From Alphaproteobacteria bacterium (lineage in GTDB: Bacteria > Pseudomonadota > Alphaproteobacteria > RF32 > CAG-239): 64,000 nt of DNA. Under the pieces are notes generated by a model. It was not told where the DNA came from, ran no database searches, and was given only the letters and a program-made list of their open reading frames with translations. Made by a program: the position numbers and the translations under genes. Location of the stretch: NCBI GenBank assembly GCA_045593845.1, contig JAZNXK010000022.1, positions 13,855-77,854 on the forward strand, in the 5' to 3' direction. This document shows, one piece after another, positions 59,643 through 64,000 of this stretch (its first letter is position 1; every line of letters begins with the position of its first letter).

Positions 59643-60554
59643 TTATAGTAATTGTTTTATAACACTCATAATATACTCTATATCTTTATCAGTGGTAATA
59701 ATTGTTTGGTATTGACCATTTCCCCAATGTCCTTTGGCAGATATATCTTGGAATATATGTTTAGGATCATCAATTGTGCCAAGTTTGGCATTAAGGTAAA
59801 TTTTAAGTTGTTTATTCTGTATCTCAATATCACAGATATTTGTCCCTTTTTTAAAGGCAATATATAATTTTTTTGGTTGAATTTCTATGCTGTCATCTAA
59901 ATTAAGAATGGCATTTTTAACTTCTTGATACAATTCTTGTATTGCTTCATTTCCTTTTTGAATATGCTCTTCTTCAGTATATGGTTTTATTTCCGCGCTA
60001 ATCTTTTTATATTTTATATTATCTTGTGATACATTGCTTATACTGACATTGCTCTTTTTAGAATTTACTTGCGATATAAGAATAGTGTTATTTGAAAATT
60101 GTTTTACTTCCCACAATTCTATTGCTAAATCCTTAAAAGTAGATGCTTGAATTTGAAAATCGTTAAATGATGAAGCAATAAAAATTACTTTAGATGCTCT
60201 CCAATCTATATCTTCTTTCTGAAAATGCTTTTTCGTTCTCTCATTAAGTTCAAGCAATTCCAAAATTGAATCTGCTTTGTTTTCTTGTAATAATTTGAGA
60301 TATGTTAAACCTTGGTCAATAACACTGATACTCTTATCCCGTTTATACTCAATTATTACAAACGAATTAGATTCCTCATCATATGCTAATGTATCAAATC
60401 TTTTATCTTTTATAGTAAATTCACTCTTTACAAAAGTTAATCCCATTATCTCATACAGATTGTTCTCAATTATTTTTTGAATATCTTTTTCTAATTTAAT
60501 TGGTATTTCCTTAATTTTTTCCAATTTACCTAATTTGTTGTTATATAGAATCAT
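59643..60554 (-). CDS. PD-(D/E)xK nuclease-like N-domain fused to a DUF5655-like C-domain
   Basis: FDTLAYDEESNSFVIIEYKRDKSISVIDQGLTYL supplies D...ExK plus QxxxY. The C-terminal LYIAFKKGTNICDIEIQNKQLKIYL...GHWGNG resembles DUF5655. I prefer ATG 60554 (MILYNNKLG) to the track start 60608. Confidence 0.6.
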   Translation of the reverse strand: MILYNNKLGKLEKIKEIPIKLEKDIQKIIENNLYEIMGLTFVKSEFTIKDKRFDTLAYDEESNSFVIIEYKRDKSISVIDQGLTYLKLLQENKADSILELLELNERTKKHFQKEDIDWRASKVIFIASSFNDFQIQASTFKDLAIELWEVKQFSNNTILISQVNSKKSNVSISNVSQDNIKYKKISAEIKPYTEEEHIQKGNEAIQELYQEVKNAILNLDDSIEIQPKKLYIAFKKGTNICDIEIQNKQLKIYLNAKLGTIDDPKHIFQDISAKGHWGNGQYQTIITTDKDIEYIMSVIKQLL

Positions 60555-60683
60555 TTTATTAATCTTTCTGTACGATAACCATCTTAAAACATTTAAATAA
60601 TACACCAAAAGAAAACGAACATTTTAATAATAGACGCCTGTCATTTAATAGTACTATTATCGCTTTCGTAATCTACTTATGGA

Positions 60684-60890
60684 TTATGATTTTTTATATC
60701 TATTATATCCTGCTTCTACTATTTTACCTTCTGATTTTAAACTGTCTAATTGTCTTTTTATATCCCATTCCTGTACGAAAAAATTACCTTTCCCTTTCAT
60801 ATACCCCATAATCTCTTCTATGCTCACTCCGCCAAAAGAGAACCTACCTTGTTCCTCTATATATTTTAAAATTTCACTTTTATTATCCAT
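60684..60890 (-). CDS. 68-aa winged-helix DNA-binding protein
   Basis: ILKYIEEQGRFSFGGVSIEEIMGYM...IKRQLDSLKSEGKIVEAG has a helix-turn-helix plus wing pattern. Confidence 0.5.
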   Translation of the reverse strand: MDNKSEILKYIEEQGRFSFGGVSIEEIMGYMKGKGNFFVQEWDIKRQLDSLKSEGKIVEAGYNRYKKS

Positions 60891-60935
60891 AATATTATAC
60901 CCCTATTATCAAAGTTTATTAAAGTAACGTATATC

Positions 60936-60963
60936 AAAACAATCACCATAAAGGGACGTTTAT
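60936..60963. repeat. repeat site 1: AAAACAATCACC + ATAAA-GGGACG-TTTAT
   Basis: It pairs with 61077..61104. The 12-nt left part and the 5-nt arms are identical. The 6-nt core is the reverse complement of the core in site 2. Confidence 0.85.
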
Positions 60964-61076
60964 TTGATACAACCATATTTTATAATAAATAATTTATAAT
61001 TCCAGAAAAAATAGCAAGATTCACAGAATCTTATTGGTGTTTTACTAGTTGAAATATAATTTTATATTCCAGTAAT

Positions 61077-61104
61077 AAAACAATCACCATAAACGTCCCT
61101 TTAT
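61077..61104. repeat. repeat site 2: AAAACAATCACC + ATAAA-CGTCCC-TTTAT
   Basis: See site 1. The 16-mer 61089..61104 is the exact reverse complement of 60948..60963. Confidence 0.85.
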
Positions 61105-61160
61105 TTTTAATGTAATTTTTTGATAAATAACTATGTCAAAGGATTATAAAATAAAATGAC

Positions 61161-61340
61161 ATGCTATGCCACTATTTGTATAAGTTTTACGAAATCCCTG
61201 ATGTTGACGAAGCATTAGTGGTGCATGACCTGCGTCAATATGCCTTGCACTTGCTGGACAAACGAAAGCGAACCCGCGCACATTTAACATCCTCATTAGA
61301 TTCTGATCAATCTGATGGGGATTTTTTTGCGCCAATTTAA
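61161..61340 (+). CDS. 59-aa hypothetical ORF in the GC-rich patch
   Basis: Hand translation gives MLCHYLYKFYEIPDVDEALVVHDLRQYALHLLDKRKRTRAHL...DGDFFAPI. It is below the ORF-track size cut-off and competes with minus-strand ORF 61144..61356. Confidence 0.3.
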   Translation: MLCHYLYKFYEIPDVDEALVVHDLRQYALHLLDKRKRTRAHLTSSLDSDQSDGDFFAPI

Positions 61341-61363
61341 GCACATCTACTGACAACGTTCGG

Positions 61364-61525
61364 ATGTTGATGGCTTATGAGTTTCTTGAAAGAGCCGATA
61401 CACCGAAACTTAAAAAGGCCATGCGATTTATCATGGAAGGTGAAAGCATTGACAGTGTGTCGCGCACGCTACATATCAGCAAGGAGACGATTTACAAGTT
61501 CTTCAAGAAAATGCGAGAACTGTAA
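61364..61525 (+). CDS. 53-aa helix-turn-helix protein
   Basis: Hand translation gives MLMAYEFLERADTPKLKKAMRFIMEGESIDSVSRTLHISKETIYKFFKKMREL. The SIDSVSRTLHISKETIYKF stretch is HTH-like. Confidence 0.4.
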   Translation: MLMAYEFLERADTPKLKKAMRFIMEGESIDSVSRTLHISKETIYKFFKKMREL

Positions 61526-61625
61526 ATTTGCAATGCCGGCGCGGTGGTAACCAATGGGTCCTTCCTGACGATTTTTCGTATGCGGGGCCGCAAGCCGCGC
61601 CGTTTCGCTAGCTGAACAGAAAAAT

Positions 61626-61720
61626 TCCGGCTGGTCTGGTGCTTTGAAAAACAATGCAATATCAAATAGTTGTAACAACTCCTTAAAATGCGGGCTGGTC
61701 ATTTTATAAATCCGGCTGGT
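61626..61720 (+). repeat. three direct copies of C[CG]GGCTGGTC, each preceded by AAAT
   Basis: Copies at 61626..61635, 61690..61699 and 61711..61720. The last two are 21 bp apart. Confidence 0.8.
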
Positions 61721-61747
61721 CACATAGGGTTTTGAAAGTGAGAAAAT

Positions 61748-62065
61748 ATGGGAAGATTAGTATCAATGCGAGAATATGCGCGTATTCGCGGGGTGAACCT
61801 GAATGCGGTGCAGACGGCGATAAAGTCCGGGCGTATTCATAAAACGAGAGATGATAAAATTGATGTGGACGAAGCGAACCGGGAGTGGTTTATGAATACC
61901 GATCCGGCACAACAACGCAAACCGGACCCGCTGTTTGAGGCGCAAGGCGGCGTTCGTATGAGTAATATGGGAACCTTTCAGCAGGCCAAAACGGCAGATA
62001 TTTATTACCGGGCGATGTTGGCTAAGGCTAAACTCAAGATGTTGACCGGTGAAATGGTTGACCGT
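61748..62065 (+). pseudogene. 5' fragment of a phage Nu1-like terminase small subunit / HTH gene
   Basis: N-terminal HTH SMREYARIRGVNLNAVQTAIKSGRI and IYYRAMLAKAKLKMLTGEMV. After about 105 codons the frame degenerates (FCHRHFFGLCVIAPA). Confidence 0.45.
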
Positions 62066-62306
62066 TTCTGTCACCGTCACTTCTTCGGCCTGTGCGTTAT
62101 AGCGCCGGCATAATTCCATCACTTCGTCAATATCTGAGGGCTTCCGGACCATGTAAATTTTAACTGTTTTCATTGCATTTCCTTTCGTTACAACCCAATG
62201 AATGCTTGGATTTGAAACAATATCAAGTAGAATATGAGTTTGTTGAGAATAAAAAATCTGTTGCGAAAAAAATATTCCCTGATTATAAATGAAACGAGAG
62301 GTTAAT

Positions 62307-62666
62307 ATGATAAACTTATTGAGCGTTTTTATCGGTGGCGGTATTGGTTCGGTTTTAAGATGGCTGTGCTGTCAGCTGATTACAAATCATTGGGGAACAT
62401 TTGTTGTTAATATTCTCGGTGCTTTCTTTATCGGCGTTGCTTATACCTATTTTGAAAAATATACAAATCTGCCACTTTCTACCAAAACATTCATTATGAC
62501 CGGTTTACTCGGCGGTTTTACCACATTTTCCACATATTTGCTCAATTTTACCACGCTATTCAATCAAAATAGCCATTTGGAGGCATTTCTTTATCTGATT
62601 GGCTCGGTAGTTGTCGGTGCTGTATTCCTTATTTTAGGAATGAAAGCATTGTCTTTTATTCAGTAA
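62307..62666 (+). CDS. crcB: fluoride ion channel CrcB/FluC
   Basis: FIGGGIGSVLRW and GLLGGFTTFSTY motifs. ATG 62307 follows a GAGAGG RBS; the track start is 62289. Confidence 0.85.
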   Translation: MINLLSVFIGGGIGSVLRWLCCQLITNHWGTFVVNILGAFFIGVAYTYFEKYTNLPLSTKTFIMTGLLGGFTTFSTYLLNFTTLFNQNSHLEAFLYLIGSVVVGAVFLILGMKALSFIQ

Positions 62667-63824
62667 TTACACCCCGGTTTTAACAATCCCTTTGCCGAAT
62701 TTGGCTTCGAGTTCGTCAACGAGGTGGGAGAGTTTGTCGTCGTGAGGTTTGATTTCCTCAAACAGCGATTGTTGCACTTCGCTGTAAGTCAAATGCGTCA
62801 GAGTTACGCCGGTTGAGCGATAAATTAAATTCGGGCGGTAGAGTTGTTTCAAGAGGTTTATGGCGGTCATGCGTACTTCTTGGTCGCCGTTGGTCGGGTT
62901 GGGCAGTTTTGTCTCGATGGCGAGATATTTGAAGTCTTTCGTTCGGAGCATGACTTCCACCCCTTGGCAAAAGCCGTTCCACTGCCGTAACTTCTGACAA
63001 GCCTCATGAACGTGCCGGTTCAGTTCATGTTCCAGATATTCCAAACTCTGCGTGAAATCCTCAAAACTGCGGGTAACTTGTATGCTCTGCGGGGCGGTAG
63101 GCTCATTATTCACCAACGATGTCGCAACACCGGTCAGTTCACTTTTGAGATTTAAGCCGTTTATGCCGAAGGCTTTCCGTATCCAGCCGTTTTCTTTCTC
63201 CACAAAATCGCGAATGTTGAAAATTCCGCTGAATTTCATGTGCTCGCTATTCTTGCGTCCGATACCGCTGACGTCTTCAATCGGCATGTCGCCCACAATA
63301 TCCAAGATTTTATCGGGCGGAATAACGAATATCCCATTGTTGCTTTTCGCTTTATCGCTCGCCAATTTTGCCAGCGTTTTGGAAGTTCCCAAGCCGATAG
63401 ATACGGGAATGCCGACCTTATCCCAAACCGTCTGACGGATATTTTTGATGATGTCGGTATAGGTGGAATGATAAACCTTGTTGAGCGAAGTCAAATCAAT
63501 AAACGCCTCATCAACCGAGGTTACTTCGACATCCGGACTGAACGTTTTAATAGTGTCCATCACTTGTTTGGAAATCTCGGTATAGCGGTGGTGGCGCGCC
63601 GGAATACAAATCGCGGTCGGAAAGTTCGGTTTGACCTGAAAATACGGCTGTCCCATTTTAATTCCCAGTGCTTTGGCTTCCTTTGAACGTGATACAATTA
63701 TACCTTTACTGGTGGCGCCAGTCATCACGCATACGGGCTTGCCTTGCAAATCGGGGTTATCTTTCCGCTCGCAAGAAACAAAAAAGCAGTCACAATCAAC
63801 CAATGCTATAACGTGTTGGCGCAT
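62667..63824 (-). CDS. Y-family DNA polymerase (UmuC/DinB-like)
   Basis: ALVDCDCFFVSCE and SVDEAFIDLT catalytic motifs. 385 aa. Its stop codon abuts the crcB stop with no intergenic nucleotide. Confidence 0.85.
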   Translation of the reverse strand: MRQHVIALVDCDCFFVSCERKDNPDLQGKPVCVMTGATSKGIIVSRSKEAKALGIKMGQPYFQVKPNFPTAICIPARHHRYTEISKQVMDTIKTFSPDVEVTSVDEAFIDLTSLNKVYHSTYTDIIKNIRQTVWDKVGIPVSIGLGTSKTLAKLASDKAKSNNGIFVIPPDKILDIVGDMPIEDVSGIGRKNSEHMKFSGIFNIRDFVEKENGWIRKAFGINGLNLKSELTGVATSLVNNEPTAPQSIQVTRSFEDFTQSLEYLEHELNRHVHEACQKLRQWNGFCQGVEVMLRTKDFKYLAIETKLPNPTNGDQEVRMTAINLLKQLYRPNLIYRSTGVTLTHLTYSEVQQSLFEEIKPHDDKLSHLVDELEAKFGKGIVKTGV

Positions 63825-63839
63825 TTTATCCTCTTTAAT

Positions 63840-63854
63840 GTTCTAATTATGTTC
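63840..63854. promoter_or_regulatory. GTTC-N7-GTTC motif (alphaproteobacterial-type LexA/SOS box candidate)
   Basis: GTTCTAATTATGTTC lies 16 nt upstream of the polymerase ATG, just 5' of its AAAGAGGA RBS when read on the minus strand. Confidence 0.5.
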
Positions 63855-64000
63855 TATTATTATCACGCGATTTTTAAGAGTCAACCAAAACAAAAGAGTT
63901 GTAAATAGGTACAAACTAAAATATAAAGACTTAAAAACGAGGGCGAAAATAGTTAAGCATATTCTGCAATATTTATAATTTTTTTATCGTATTTTCTGGC

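Larger units (their letters stand above)
50279..62200. mobile_element. tRNA-adjacent accessory mosaic of cassette-like modules and decayed mobile-element fragments
   Basis: It begins directly 3' of the tRNA. It holds a recombinase fragment, a Fic fragment, a phage terminase-small-like fragment, repeat-bounded cassettes and sharp composition changes. The right boundary is not defined and no intact integrase is present. Confidence 0.5.

Noticed and set aside
61144-62173. Minus-strand ORFs 61144..61356, 61469..61723 and 61763..62173
   Set aside because: They lie in a GC-rich patch where long open frames arise by chance. The plus-strand readings give HTH-like proteins. Only the first ~36 codons of 61763..62173 look protein-like, and I noted them as a fragment.
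62174-62306. Possible fluoride riboswitch upstream of crcB
   Set aside because: I looked for the conserved crcB-motif elements (GGxGATGG ... CCGCC ... CTGATGATGCC). None is present in the 130-nt leader.
50279-64000. Direct repeat of the tRNA 3' end marking the far island boundary
   Set aside because: I scanned the intergenic regions by eye for GGATCCACCA or TTCGAATCGGG-like strings and found none. A computational search is needed before concluding that it is absent.

Overview
Low-GC Gram-negative chromosome segment. All family calls below come from reading motifs by eye, not from database searches.

**Core region (1 to ~50.2 kb).** This is tightly packed housekeeping DNA:
- U32 peptidase, ddl, miaA, mreB
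- a truncated dcw block (mraZ-rsmH-ftsL-ftsI)
- RNase P RNA, then lpxC-bamD-recN, gltX and a NUDIX hydrolase
- an Mla/Mce-type transport operon that ends in a short FtsK-like motor
- an ECF-sigma operon
- glyQS, serS, a membrane-anchored Memo-AMMECR1 fusion, dnaE
- a uridyltransferase-only GlmU, pepF, glgP
- several secreted or membrane orphans in between

The lpxC-bamD-recN synteny, the FtsL type and two GTTC-N7-GTTC boxes suggest an alphaproteobacterium-like host. This is inference only.

**Accessory mosaic (from the tRNA(CAU) at 50202-50278 to at least ~62.2 kb, possibly to the window end).** It contains, in order:
- a TetR-led flavoprotein/redox cassette bounded by 43-nt direct repeats that differ only at synonymous positions
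- a DUF5131-type gene
- an HXXEE gene flanked by duplicated terminators
- decayed serine-recombinase and Fic fragments
- a very AT-rich three-gene cassette: wHTH, a PD-(D/E)xK/DUF5655-like nuclease and a 4-Cys mini-protein. It is preceded by an odd repeat pair whose core is inverted.
- a GC-rich phage-remnant patch
- crcB
- a Y-family polymerase with an SOS-box-like motif

The AT-rich nuclease cassette and the exported-flavoprotein redox cassette are my best candidates for an undescribed system. I saw no CRISPR array, rRNA, intact transposase or intact integrase.
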